Shown: positions 1 to 10,771, counted from the whole stretch's first letter. The stretch: 56,659 nucleotides of DNA, filler included, from Barthelona sp. PAP020 (GCA_040182905.1; 2 parts of 2 records of this genome joined end to end with filler, not necessarily neighbours in it); one strand, 5' to 3'. Notes: generated by a model from the letters alone, not told the origin. Translations and numbers: made by a program.

Positions 1-334
1 TTTTCCAAAATTCAAATTGCAAATATTCACCTTATGTCAATGAACGATGTTGACAAATATTCATTGGGTGCAGTTGTTTTGTTTTCAGATTTGGTTGAAC
101 TCTGATTTCTTTAATGCTTACTAAACTATGAGCTATACAACCTATTCGGGTGATTAAGGGGTTATAGTGTTGAATTAAGTGGAATTGGTGTTTGAAATCT
201 TTCCACTGAGATTATCATGTTTGTTTTTTCCTTTGTCTGAATTGTTTCCCAAAACTTTCCAAACTTGAGAATTGATGCCTCAGGTACTAATTGTTCAAAA
301 GAGCCCAAAGGCTCCGACATTCTTGAGATTCATC

Positions 335-1636
335 CTAAATGTACAAGGTTTCTTGTGGTTCACTGATAAAAGGCCAAAAATTTTGTAGAAGTTGATGGTA
401 AAAGACAATCACCATGTAAACAACTCTCTTCTTTTCCTTGTTTTCAACATAAAACAGCAAATAGCAAAAATAAAGCTGAAAAAGTTCATTTATATCAATT
501 ATTAACGAATCAAATAATGTATTGAAATCATACCCTGTCTTCTCAAAGTGAAGGTCCCTGCCAAATTCAAATAAACCAGTAATTGTTCCATCGTATTCCA
601 CAGCAAATTTTCCGTCAAAAACCATATCCAAACAGTTGAATTTACAAGACATTTCAAACTCACCATTGTTTAAAACCCAAGTATCTTGATGTAACACGAA
701 TATCTGGTCAAATTTATTCAAATCTAATTCTTTTAAATAATAAATCAAACTAATCCTAGTAGTTAACGTTTCTACGAGCTTTAGGAATATCTGATAAGGT
801 TCAGAAGAATTTAATAAGAGCTGAATTGAACTAAAAACTGGCTCCATTGAGGTTTTAATGTCCGTCTTAGTGAAAAGTTGATCGAACTCCAAGAGTTCTT
901 CATCTGAATGAATCAACAGCACATTGTTTTCACTATCGAATGTAATCCTCACCAAAACTGATGATATCATTAACTGAACTTCATTTTCATCAATACTTTG
1001 AATGCATTCATGCTGAAAAGTGTGAAACATGGAATTCCATGCTAATTCTTCTTCTTCTTCTTCTTCTTCTTTATCATTCAACTTAATGGTCGCGTCAGGA
1101 GAAATCTTTTTCAGTAATTCATCCAATTGAAGACGAATGTGAGGAAAAGTCTGTGAAAAATTCTCGATTTTTCTTTGCAGATCAACAAACTTAAAATCCA
1201 TTTCTTTCCTTTTTTCTTGATGAATTTTCAACTCTTCAGACAATCTTTGACGTTCCTCATGCTCTTCCATCAATAATTCCTGCAATTTATCAAAATAAAT
1301 GTTGATATCAGTTTTTTCACAGTCATATTTAGGTTTCAAAGCCAAAGGTAAGATTCTATACACATCATTCATTTCAATATCATTTGGTAAACTTTTTTCT
1401 TTGCGTGTTAACAATTGTTTTTTGTAATTAAATTTTATTTGTTTTTCAAACAGCTCATTATTCATTTCATAAACATCTTTTTCTATTTGACTTAATTCTT
1501 GAGATACATAATGAATATCTTTTCGAATTCTTTCACTGTGGTGACTGAAATTTAGTATTTTGTCAATCTTCTCTTCTTCTGTTAAATCTTTTGGCAAATC
1601 AATTAATCCATTGATGCACTTTTCACATTCATCCAT
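335..1636 (-). CDS. Coiled-coil protein, weakly THOC5/FMIP-like N-terminal half
   Basis: Long ORF. The likely start is MDECEKC at 1636, because the upstream in-frame ATG at 1702 gives an A/T-run-rich leader. 'LLMEEHEERQRLSEEL...KIENFSQTFPHIRLQL' loosely recalls the THOC5 coiled coil. Family call is tentative. Confidence 0.4.
   Translation of the reverse strand: MDECEKCINGLIDLPKDLTEEEKIDKILNFSHHSERIRKDIHYVSQELSQIEKDVYEMNNELFEKQIKFNYKKQLLTRKEKSLPNDIEMNDVYRILPLALKPKYDCEKTDINIYFDKLQELLMEEHEERQRLSEELKIHQEKRKEMDFKFVDLQRKIENFSQTFPHIRLQLDELLKKISPDATIKLNDKEEEEEEEELAWNSMFHTFQHECIQSIDENEVQLMISSVLVRITFDSENNVLLIHSDEELLEFDQLFTKTDIKTSMEPVFSSIQLLLNSSEPYQIFLKLVETLTTRISLIYYLKELDLNKFDQIFVLHQDTWVLNNGEFEMSCKFNCLDMVFDGKFAVEYDGTITGLFEFGRDLHFEKTGYDFNTLFDSLIIDINELFQLYFCYLLFYVENKEKKRVVYMVIVFYHQLLQNFWPFISEPQETLYI
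1047..1070. repeat. (TTC)n microsatellite encoding poly-Glu on the minus strand
   Basis: ttcttcttcttc... run; the ORF reads KEEEEEEEELA. Confidence 0.8.
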
Positions 1637-1735
1637 TTTTAAAAGGAAAATTTCGGTCAATAAAAAAAAATCCTTTTGTTGACACATTTTTTTTTTCAAC
1701 ATTTCGGTTCTTCATTTATTATGTGAATTAAAGCA

Positions 1736-2017
1736 ATGATAATTGATATGACTCAGATAACAAATTATTTAATTAGCATTGTTCGTTGGATTTTGTACAT
1801 TGTTATATATTTTATTATTGTTGGTTTTGTTACTTCTCCCGATTTTCAGCCTTTTTTCCAAAAATTTAAAAAAAATAATAATTTTGAATCTAATGAGTTG
1901 ATGAATGATGAATCTAATGCAGTAGATGAGCATGAGAATAATTTTGTTTCATTTTTTGATAATAACAACACCAGTTTTAAGTTTTCTTTATTAAATGACG
2001 AAAATTCAGAGCAATAA
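1736..2017 (+). CDS. Small single-pass membrane protein, unknown function
   Basis: ATG-started 93-aa ORF with one hydrophobic segment (WILYIVIYFIIVGFV) followed by an acidic/Asn-rich tail. Confidence 0.45.
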   Translation: MIIDMTQITNYLISIVRWILYIVIYFIIVGFVTSPDFQPFFQKFKKNNNFESNELMNDESNAVDEHENNFVSFFDNNNTSFKFSLLNDENSEQ

Positions 2018-2434
2018 AGGATTATTTTTCTAATGAATCATTTTAATTGGACTATTGTATGTTACGATTTGCTTCTTTTGTCATGTAATCTTTTTAACGT
2101 ATGTTTTTAGGATTTTGACTATTCTTTTTGAATGTTTGTTAGGTTTATAAACAATATAGTATTTCTTTTTTTTTTTTTTAAACAAAATTATTTATATTAT
2201 TAAGTTTTTGCAAAATTGAAAAAGAACAGGTTGATAAAACAAAAACCTGGGAAAAAAGGATTTTTTTTGTGAAAAAGATTTCCATTTTTAGAAAAGTCAA
2301 AAATAAATTATCAACATTGTGTTGGGAAGTTACTTTGAAAAAGGGGTGGAAATTTGTAAAAGAAATTTTTTTCCAAGAGGGAATTAATTTTTGTCTCACC
2401 CCCTCATTTTTGTTGCTTTGTATTTTACATTTTT

Positions 2435-4915
2435 ATGTCAAAGGGGTTGGAAAGACGTTCTTCTTTTGTTTTCAAAAGTAACAAAATAGCTTCACCTTGG
2501 CAACAATTCAAGGCTTTATTTGCAAAAACGATAATTTGGCAAAAAAGAAAGCCTGGATTACTTATTTGTAATATGGTAACACCTATTGTCATGTTACTTT
2601 TGGTTTGGTTGATGCAACTTGCAATTGATTCCATCCCTATTCCTGGAATTCCTGGTTCAAGTAATCCTCCATTAATACCTTTAACATATGTGACAAATGG
2701 TACCAAATTAACACCTGCATCACCAATTGATGCTGTTGATGTGAATAGTAAAGCTGGAGTATTGACTTCCACCACATCCAGTGGATTATTTGGGAAGTTT
2801 GATTTATCTCCTCTTTTCCGTCCTACAGTTAAAATATATAACACTTTGGAAAGCTTTGATAATATGACTCATGACATGTGGTTCAACACCACTAGTAACA
2901 CCAGAAAATATGGAGGTTATATCATAAATGATGTTGATTCCACCAATGGAAAGTTGAATTTTACGTTTGCCTACAATTCATCCAGATACAGCAAATATTC
3001 TTATTGGACAACTGCATATTCAGACGTCAGCTACTTTAGCACTATTAGTTCCTCTTTTGTTAATCTTGTATTGGGTCGTAGTCCACTGGCGAGCGGTCGT
3101 TCATATAGTGTCTGGCCAACTGAAGCGACTAGCATAGAGATTAATATTGTTAGTATGATGCTGGGTCCATATTTATGTTTGTTGCTGACTTTGCCCTTGA
3201 TGGTCTTTGTTTCCTTGGGAGTTTTTGAAAAGTCTAAGGGCTTGGTAAGTTCGATGAAGATGATGGGTGTTCGTGGTTATATTTATCCTGTTGCTACCAA
3301 TGTTTATAACGTGTTGGTCTATTTGATGATAATCTGTGTTGTTATTGTTGTTGGAAAAACCTTGAATTTCGATTTCTTTGATAAAAGCTCTCCATTTTCG
3401 TATGGTATTTTGTGGCTATTTTGGACATATGTATTGATGGCTCAAACTTACTTATTGACATCATTGATCAGTAATCCTCGTTATGCAGCACTTATTTCTT
3501 TTGCTTATGCATATTTGTCCCAAGAAATTGTTGGAATGTTGGATATGGGAGCTTCTATATCACCGGTGAACAATAATTTCCATTATCTCATGGTTATTCC
3601 TCAATTTTCTTTATTTTGTGCTCATAGCCAGATTAACTATTACTCTAGTTACAGAGAATCTTTGGGCTGGAACTTTATGTTCGATAAGAAGTACATTGGT
3701 CCAACTGTAGCTATCTGTTTTATATGTTCTGGTACAATACTATTCATTTTAGGCCACTACTTTAATGAAGTTCTGACACAAGACAGTGTTAATTATCATA
3801 ACTGGCTCTATTTTTTTAGAAAAGCTGAATTATCGATTGAGTTAGAAGCTCCAGCCAGTGTTTTTGAAAGGAACAATAATATTGGTGAAGAAAAAGATAA
3901 AGTTCAAGCTTCTTCCCCCGATGATTACCTTTTGCGTATTTTGGGATTGACAAAAGTCTATGATGGAATGAATAGAGCAGCCACTAACCAAGTATTTTTG
4001 ACAGGAGGTGCCGGAGAGATTTTGGGTGTTATTGGTCCTAACGGATCAGGTAAAACTACCTTAATCAACATGTTATCTGGTAAGTTTTTACCTTCAAAAG
4101 GGTTCGCTACTATTATGGGTTTTGATATTTTGACTGAACGTAACGAAATTTATCGTAGAATGGGTATTTGTCCTCAATTTGATGTTGTATGGGATGTTTT
4201 AACTGTTGCTGAGCATTTCCGATTCTTTTCTCAAGTGAAAGGGTTCTCTGGTGATGAATTGGAAGAGGAAGTTGAAAGAATGCTCACTTGTGTTCGTCTA
4301 GTCGATGCTAGAGATAAAATGGCACATGAATTATCCGGTGGTATGCGTCGTCGTTTATCGGTAGGTATTGCATTATGTGGAAACCCAACTGTCGTTATGT
4401 TGGATGAACCAACTACTGGATTAGATCCTGATTCTAAACGAAAGCTTTGGGATATCATCAAGGATCAATCAGAAGGCCGAGTTTTATTGTTGACTACCCA
4501 TTCAATGGAAGAAGCCACCTATTTATCAAGTCGTGTTGTATTAATGGTTCGTGGTGAGTTGCAATTGATTGGACCTTCATCTGAACTACGTGCAAATCAT
4601 GGTCATGGTTACAGATTGTCTTTACATACAGAGGATGACAAAGAAGATACCACTGAGAGAGTTAAGACTTTTGTTAGAAACAATGTTCCCGAGCATGAAG
4701 ATTTGTTGAATGGCGTTAATGTCAATGGTATTCATGAATATAGGATTACAACTACAAATTTTGATGTTGCGAAGTTATTCCAAGATGTCATTGAGAAGAA
4801 AGATGAACTAAAAATTAGAGATTGGGGTATTTCACAAAGTACTTTGGAAGATGTTTTCCATTCAGCTATTTCTTTGGTCAAGGCTAAAAGAGGAGGTGAC
4901 TTTTTAGAAAGTTAA
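2435..4915 (+). CDS. ABC transporter subfamily A, half-size (1 TMD + 1 NBD)
   Basis: ABCA-type N-terminus 'QQFKALFAKTIIWQKR'; 'EKSKGLVSSMKMMG'; Walker A GPNGSGKTT; 'GICPQFD'; signature LSGGMRRRLS; Walker B VMLDEPTTGLD; H-loop LTTHSMEEA; C-terminal 'ISQSTLEDVF'. Confidence 0.92.
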   Translation: MSKGLERRSSFVFKSNKIASPWQQFKALFAKTIIWQKRKPGLLICNMVTPIVMLLLVWLMQLAIDSIPIPGIPGSSNPPLIPLTYVTNGTKLTPASPIDAVDVNSKAGVLTSTTSSGLFGKFDLSPLFRPTVKIYNTLESFDNMTHDMWFNTTSNTRKYGGYIINDVDSTNGKLNFTFAYNSSRYSKYSYWTTAYSDVSYFSTISSSFVNLVLGRSPLASGRSYSVWPTEATSIEINIVSMMLGPYLCLLLTLPLMVFVSLGVFEKSKGLVSSMKMMGVRGYIYPVATNVYNVLVYLMIICVVIVVGKTLNFDFFDKSSPFSYGILWLFWTYVLMAQTYLLTSLISNPRYAALISFAYAYLSQEIVGMLDMGASISPVNNNFHYLMVIPQFSLFCAHSQINYYSSYRESLGWNFMFDKKYIGPTVAICFICSGTILFILGHYFNEVLTQDSVNYHNWLYFFRKAELSIELEAPASVFERNNNIGEEKDKVQASSPDDYLLRILGLTKVYDGMNRAATNQVFLTGGAGEILGVIGPNGSGKTTLINMLSGKFLPSKGFATIMGFDILTERNEIYRRMGICPQFDVVWDVLTVAEHFRFFSQVKGFSGDELEEEVERMLTCVRLVDARDKMAHELSGGMRRRLSVGIALCGNPTVVMLDEPTTGLDPDSKRKLWDIIKDQSEGRVLLLTTHSMEEATYLSSRVVLMVRGELQLIGPSSELRANHGHGYRLSLHTEDDKEDTTERVKTFVRNNVPEHEDLLNGVNVNGIHEYRITTTNFDVAKLFQDVIEKKDELKIRDWGISQSTLEDVFHSAISLVKAKRGGDFLES

Positions 4916-4974
4916 TATGTTTTTAAATAAATCAGCAAAAAAAAAAAATTTTTTTTTTATTAATTCTTGAACAC

Positions 4975-7900
4975 CTATATGTATGATCTAGTTTTGCTTT
5001 CGGTACTCCTATAACTCTTTTTACTCAATAAAGGAATCAAATTCTCAAGAGAATTCAAACAAAAGCATCTGTCACGAAATTCCAACCCCACAAAATTCTC
5101 ATTATTGCTGAGAATAACCACTTGCAAATTATTGTTGATATACAGAGCTGATTCTATCAAAAAGATGGTTTCTGTGTTGATTGCATCCAACACCAGCCAA
5201 AGGACATTGTTATTGAGACACTCTAAAATTTTAAGACAACGTCCGTTTGTTTCAACAAAACACGGGGCCAATTCATGCTCAGTTTGGTTAAATAACTGTA
5301 TGAAATCATTCCAACGATTCGATTCGCAGTGAATCAACACAGTTGAATTTGAATATATGGGTTTGATAAAAAAGGCGGGTAAATCTAAAGTCAAGCGGAC
5401 TTTAACAGAATCGATAACATGCATCTGAAATTTAAAACTTGAAGGTTTGTCGTTACTTGAAAACATCGTGTAAGGTTCGTTTATGTTATTGGGGCAAATA
5501 TCAATAATCAGTTTGATAACATCCTCATCCATGAGGAAATTGCTGATCGTAATTTTTTTCCCTGAGTCAATTCTATCAACTTGAGGTTCATTGGCTAGAG
5601 TAAACAGACTTCCCATTCCTGTTCCTGTTCCTGTTCCTGTCCCTCCTAAAAGTGTATTCGTGGTGATAGTATTTGATGTTCCTACACCTGAAATAGCATC
5701 TGTACCAATATTAATGTTAGAATTGGTGTTTGGAACGAATCCTGTTGTAGTCATTGCTGACGTTTGAACCGTACCATTGGCAGTTGAAGTCGTAGGACTG
5801 CTGAAAATTTTAGTTATGTTGATATCTTCAATAGTATTACTATTCATAGTCATATTAATTGGTGCTGGTGCTGGTGTAGGTGCATGAAACTCAATAAATG
5901 TACTGATGAAGCTAACTAACTCTTCAAAACAACAATTAACAGTAAGATTTCTAAAGCTCCATTCTATTGAAGGCAAACAATTAGACTGTTCCAAATAAGC
6001 CATAAGACTTTTAATTAAGGCCTTACTCAGGGGAAATATCATCTTCTTTTTGATATTTTGGGTATTTGAATGTTTTACATCTAGAAACAATAACATAAAC
6101 TTGTTTTCATCAATTTGACGATTGTATGAGATAACAATGTTGTAATACTTCCCAATAGTGCTAAACAAGATAGGTTCGTTCAATTTAATGGTACTTTCTT
6201 TCACTAATTGAGGTAAAATGAGATTGCTTAATTTATTGAAGAAATCGGGACAATAAGATAATAAAGGCTCCAAATTATTGAAAGTGTTACGAGGAATTGG
6301 GCTTATACGGTATAAAATTTCATTCATTCCGTGACTACTTTCATAAATATTGAAAGCTGAATCCATTAATAGCATTGGGATACTTGATTGAATAAAAATG
6401 TCTGACCAATTTGAATTACGATTTGAAGCAGAATAAAAGGCAGGATCAATCTCCAAAACAATCCTGGCAAAGCTATTCTTGAATTCTTGCAGATCGAATG
6501 ATTGTTCAATTATTTTATAAAAATGCCCCTTGCAATACCCTAAATACTGCAACCTTTTAATACCTTTTTCAGCATTATTGCTAAAATCCAATTGAGGCTT
6601 ACCAAACATACTAAAATCCTTATTGAACGGATTCGTTGAATTAGGAGATAAATCACTGCTAAGTTCTGTTTCTAAATTGGACATCAAATTATCTGTAGCA
6701 TTTCTTTGTTGTAAATGTTCCAACTGCCTTTGTCTAAACCCTTCATTTGAATTATAAAGAATAGATTCCAATCCCATTAAACTTAAGTTATCCATCAAAT
6801 CGTAATCTAACCAATACTTCACATTCAATTTCTTAAATCGTATGGCAGCAGCATTTTCAAATAAAATTCGTAAATCTTCTCCACCAGAACCAGATATTGG
6901 CATATGTAAATTGTTACCAGAACCCGTAGTTAACATCATGATTGGGATACACAATTGCTCAAAAATTGTAAATAAAGAATTGGCTTTTCTTTCTTCTTCA
7001 AATACACTTCGTTGTAAACAGATGCATTTGAATGAAAAAACAACGGTTATCAAAAAGAATGTTATCAAAAGAATGAGTAAAAGCGTTTGAAACATTGAAA
7101 TTTCATTCTGCCACGTGTAATTAAAATGGTAAGCTCGATAATCAGAGAGATCAGCCATGGCACTTTCAAAAGTGCTTAGAATCTCAGGTATAACCTGTTT
7201 AACTTGATTTGGATGTGTACATATATAATTTTTACCAGGATTTTGAAATAAACAATGAATATAAGTATAAACATCATTAATATCAATCGATAACGAACCT
7301 ACATGAGGATATGAAGGAATTAAGCCATAAGAAACAATTGGAAAGGGTTTGCTGGTTTCAGCAATCTCTTCAAAAATATTCCATGTCAAACAGGAATTGT
7401 ATCTATCACCAAACAATGGTAGAGTAACAATACCCAACTCATAATCTTCGAAGACTTTGATATAATCTTCAATTTGAGCAAAATAAATCATTCTACTATC
7501 AATAAAGGTGATATCTATACTATTGTGCATTGTTTGGATATACGATTGCTTCTGTGCAGTTGTGTCAATATGTTCAATAATTGAATCATAGACAACTAAA
7601 ACTTTTGTAATGCTTGGAAACAATCCTCGCAAGAAATGAATTTCTTTTGCAATGTCAATATTGTAACCAATCTTCCAATGGTTATTGTCGTTCGTATCAA
7701 TAACACTTGTGGAAAACTCAAAACTAACAAGGGTTATATTTTTTTGTAATTTCTCTTTCAATTTTGCTTGTAATTCGACACTTAATAAAGAGGAAAATGA
7801 ATCCAACGATATAATTGAATATAAATCATAATTTTTATATTTTTCATATAAAAAATTAACAGTTTCATTGAAAGGAAAATTCATGCATAATGAACAAAGA

Positions 7901-8109
7901 AATTCAGGAATGAATTTGTATCTTATATCATCATCTTTCCCCAAAGAATATTCATTTAAAGCTCCTTGTTCATAAAAATATTGATCATAATTGGATAATT
8001 TAGGTGATGAACTACTAATAATTATTACATTACGTGTTTCCAAACTAATACATACACTAAATAATGATAATATTAAAATTAATAACGTTCTATTCAAAAT
8101 AGCATTCAT
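4975..8109 (-). CDS. Membrane receptor resembling a degenerate bacterial hybrid sensor kinase (signal peptide, substrate-binding-type ectodomain, TM, 2 PAS, HATPase-like remnant, REC-like)
   Basis: N-terminal signal peptide; TM at ~7030-7085; PAS-like starts 'IFEQLCIPIMML..RILFENAAA' and 'IFIQSSIPMLLMDSAFNI'; C-terminal receiver-like 'NGRCLKILE..LWLVLDA..INNNLQVVILS'. No H-box or G-boxes seen. Confidence 0.6.
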   Translation of the reverse strand: MNAILNRTLLILILSLFSVCISLETRNVIIISSSSPKLSNYDQYFYEQGALNEYSLGKDDDIRYKFIPEFLCSLCMNFPFNETVNFLYEKYKNYDLYSIISLDSFSSLLSVELQAKLKEKLQKNITLVSFEFSTSVIDTNDNNHWKIGYNIDIAKEIHFLRGLFPSITKVLVVYDSIIEHIDTTAQKQSYIQTMHNSIDITFIDSRMIYFAQIEDYIKVFEDYELGIVTLPLFGDRYNSCLTWNIFEEIAETSKPFPIVSYGLIPSYPHVGSLSIDINDVYTYIHCLFQNPGKNYICTHPNQVKQVIPEILSTFESAMADLSDYRAYHFNYTWQNEISMFQTLLLILLITFFLITVVFSFKCICLQRSVFEEERKANSLFTIFEQLCIPIMMLTTGSGNNLHMPISGSGGEDLRILFENAAAIRFKKLNVKYWLDYDLMDNLSLMGLESILYNSNEGFRQRQLEHLQQRNATDNLMSNLETELSSDLSPNSTNPFNKDFSMFGKPQLDFSNNAEKGIKRLQYLGYCKGHFYKIIEQSFDLQEFKNSFARIVLEIDPAFYSASNRNSNWSDIFIQSSIPMLLMDSAFNIYESSHGMNEILYRISPIPRNTFNNLEPLLSYCPDFFNKLSNLILPQLVKESTIKLNEPILFSTIGKYYNIVISYNRQIDENKFMLLFLDVKHSNTQNIKKKMIFPLSKALIKSLMAYLEQSNCLPSIEWSFRNLTVNCCFEELVSFISTFIEFHAPTPAPAPINMTMNSNTIEDINITKIFSSPTTSTANGTVQTSAMTTTGFVPNTNSNINIGTDAISGVGTSNTITTNTLLGGTGTGTGTGMGSLFTLANEPQVDRIDSGKKITISNFLMDEDVIKLIIDICPNNINEPYTMFSSNDKPSSFKFQMHVIDSVKVRLTLDLPAFFIKPIYSNSTVLIHCESNRWNDFIQLFNQTEHELAPCFVETNGRCLKILECLNNNVLWLVLDAINTETIFLIESALYINNNLQVVILSNNENFVGLEFRDRCFCLNSLENLIPLLSKKSYRSTESKTRSYI

Positions 8110-8291
8110 TTAATAATCACCATTTCACTTTGAATCCTTAAAAAAGTTTTTGGCCAATTCATTTTTTTGTTCATTTATTTTTTTCATTTGTAAATGTTGA
8201 TGAAGCTATTTGTTTTAATTTTTATACAATTGAAAAAAATTTGAAAGAAAAAGGAAAGAAAAAATTATTCTTTTTCAATGAATTATATGCC

Positions 8292-9584
8292 ATGAATTTT
8301 ATAGAACTTGGTTTAAACAAACAATTATGTCACGCTTGTTCAGAAATGGGTTGGGAAAATCCAACAGAAATTCAAAAAGAAGCAATTCCAATTGCTTTAT
8401 CAAATAGAGATATTTTAGCCTTGAGTGAAACTGGCAGTGGAAAAACGGGAGCATTTATTTTACCAATTATTCAACATCTTTTTGCAAATCAATTTCAACC
8501 TTTCTTTAGTCTTATTATTTCACCAACACGTGAATTAGCCATACAAATAAATGAACAAATTGAATTAATTTCCGGTCATATAAATTCAATTATGCCTTCA
8601 AATAATAGTGAAACCATTAAATCTTGCTGTATTGTTGGGGGAGAAAATATGATGAATCAAACCATTTCATTGTCAAATCGACCCAATATTATTGTTGCTA
8701 CACCTGGAAGACTTATTGAGCATCTAGAGTTTTCTTCGGGGTTTTCACTAAAAGGAATAAAGTACTTTGTTTTAGATGAAGCAGATAGACTGTTAGGACC
8801 AGAATTTGAAAAGGAAATTGAAAGTATTTTGCCTGCATTGTCAAAAAACAAAGTTACTTTTTTATATTCTGCAACTTTAACGTCTAGAGTTGAACAGATA
8901 AGAGTTGCACAATTGCATAAACCTGAATTTATCAATATTTCAAAAAGTAACCAGCCTGTTAGTACGTTAGTTCAAAAGTATGTTCAAACACCCATAAATA
9001 TTCGTACAATTATCTTGGTATCCATTTTAAACAATCTAAAAGATAGCTCTACTATAGTTTTTTGCAGTACACGTCTTGAAACTCAAAGAATTGCCATGGT
9101 CTTGAAATTGTTAAGTTTTCCAGTATTACCACTACATGGTGATATGGATCAAAAGCGAAGAAATTCTGCATTGAAAAAGTTTAAAAAGAAACAAAATTGT
9201 TCTATTTTAGTGGCCACAGATGTTGCTTCTCGTGGGTTAGACATTGAAGATGTTGATGTTGTTATTAACTTTGATTTACCAACGAATACTGAGACTTATA
9301 CACATAGAATTGGGAGAACCGCTCGAGCAGGAAAACAAGGTCTGGCAATTACGTTTGTTTCGGTTCATGATGTTGATGAATTTGAAAGAATTCAAAAAGA
9401 GCAAGAAATCACTGCAGAAGAATACATTTTTGACATGGATGACATTGTTGCATTGAAACATTTGGTTGAAGAAGTATCCAGAACGGTTGATCGACAATTA
9501 CAATCTACTTTTGTGGAAAATGACATTCAAAAAGGAATGAGAGATTCTGGTAAAAAGAAAAAACAGAAAAAAACAGCACATTAA
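8292..9584 (+). CDS. DDX47: DEAD-box RNA helicase, DDX47/Rrp3 type (18S rRNA processing)
   Basis: Q motif 'GWENPTEIQKEAIP'; 'SETGSGKTGAF'; PTRELA; 'TPGRLIEHLE..GFSL'; DEAD; SAT; 'HRIGRTARAG'. Start moved from TTG 8241 to ATG 8292. Confidence 0.85.
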   Translation: MNFIELGLNKQLCHACSEMGWENPTEIQKEAIPIALSNRDILALSETGSGKTGAFILPIIQHLFANQFQPFFSLIISPTRELAIQINEQIELISGHINSIMPSNNSETIKSCCIVGGENMMNQTISLSNRPNIIVATPGRLIEHLEFSSGFSLKGIKYFVLDEADRLLGPEFEKEIESILPALSKNKVTFLYSATLTSRVEQIRVAQLHKPEFINISKSNQPVSTLVQKYVQTPINIRTIILVSILNNLKDSSTIVFCSTRLETQRIAMVLKLLSFPVLPLHGDMDQKRRNSALKKFKKKQNCSILVATDVASRGLDIEDVDVVINFDLPTNTETYTHRIGRTARAGKQGLAITFVSVHDVDEFERIQKEQEITAEEYIFDMDDIVALKHLVEEVSRTVDRQLQSTFVENDIQKGMRDSGKKKKQKKTAH

Positions 9585-10032
9585 TTGATAAACGGATTTG
9601 AAACGGTTTTTTATTTTTCCATACATTCATAAAACTAGAACCTATGGAAGTTGTCTGCAAATTAGATGTTCCATTTAAAAATTAAAGAAGAACTTAGAAG
9701 CTTTTCAAAGGCGGATAGCTGTTAGAATATAGAATTCAGACAGAAAAGTTTCTGAAAGGAAGGCTGAACTATTTAAAATAAAACTGATAAAGGCTTATTA
9801 ATTTTCAATCACAAGAGGCAGTTGTGCAATCTTTGGAAAGTTTTGGAAAATGTTTCATACAAAGGAAAAATAAAAGGGAAAGTTTATGTGAAAGAAGTTC
9901 TTTTCTTCACTTACTTATGCATTTCAAATAGTTACTTGCATGAATACTGGTATTTCAAAACTTAATTAACTGGGAAAAATTTTGAGCTGCACTTGAAACC
10001 AACAAATTTACGGAAATCATTAGATACGGCTT

Positions 10033-10746
10033 TTATTCAACATTTGATTTGAGCTCAACATGTCGTTGTTCATACAAGCTCTTTGTTTCTTCACCTAAAA
10101 GTATAATGCAACTAATAGTTATCACAAATGGAATAATAAATGAGAAAGCAATTGGAAATTTAACATAAACTAATTTCCAATCTAAAAAACTCAGTAAAAA
10201 AGCAATTTCATAACCACAACAAGCACTCCAAAATAAATAATTGGATACTTTTTCTTCAAAAGTGGTGTGGTTGCAAGAAAAAACATCTTGCAAAAATGTC
10301 TTTGAGTTTGATTCAAAATGGTAAAATAATGGAATAGCTACAAAAACACATGAATAAATAGAAACAGTTATCAAATTAATTAGAGAATCTTGTGAAGTTT
10401 TAAAAGACCCAGATATATAAATGAAGAATAGAATGAAGGGGTAAACAATAAAAACACTTAAAAAACTTTTAAAAAATAAATATAAGGATTTGATAGTTCT
10501 TTCATGGAAAAAATAAATGAAATAAAAATTATAACCAATAATCGTTAATATTGAACCAAAAATGAAAAATTTATACATATTTTCAACATTATTTATGGAA
10601 ATTTTCAAACAAGTTAAAAAGAAAGTTAACGGAATTGAAAAAATCAAAAAAATAATTGAAATAATGTTTAAATGCCCATTTGTTTTTTGTTTTTGGTTAG
10701 TGTTATCATTTGTTATCGTAACTAATTTGGTCTTTTCATTGGCCAT
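10033..10746 (-). CDS. PIGF: PIG-F/Gpi11-like GPI-anchor biosynthesis membrane protein
   Basis: Polytopic membrane protein. 'FLLSFLDWKLVYVKFPI' corresponds to the PIG-F 'PLDWxxxWQxWPI' motif at the expected C-terminal position. Confidence 0.6.
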   Translation of the reverse strand: MANEKTKLVTITNDNTNQKQKTNGHLNIISIIFLIFSIPLTFFLTCLKISINNVENMYKFFIFGSILTIIGYNFYFIYFFHERTIKSLYLFFKSFLSVFIVYPFILFFIYISGSFKTSQDSLINLITVSIYSCVFVAIPLFYHFESNSKTFLQDVFSCNHTTFEEKVSNYLFWSACCGYEIAFLLSFLDWKLVYVKFPIAFSFIIPFVITISCIILLGEETKSLYEQRHVELKSNVE

Positions 10747-10771
10747 CTAAAAAAAAATTATTTTCAAAAAT

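Noticed and set aside
1..334. Continuation of the first gene by stop read-through or an alternative genetic code
   Set aside because: Further stops occur in all minus frames, and conserved genes in the window end properly at TAA, TAG and TGA, so the code is standard.
5618..5644. (CCTGTT)n short tandem repeat as a CRISPR or telomere-like array
   Set aside because: Only ~4 units with no spacers; encodes GTGTGTGTG within the sensor-like protein.
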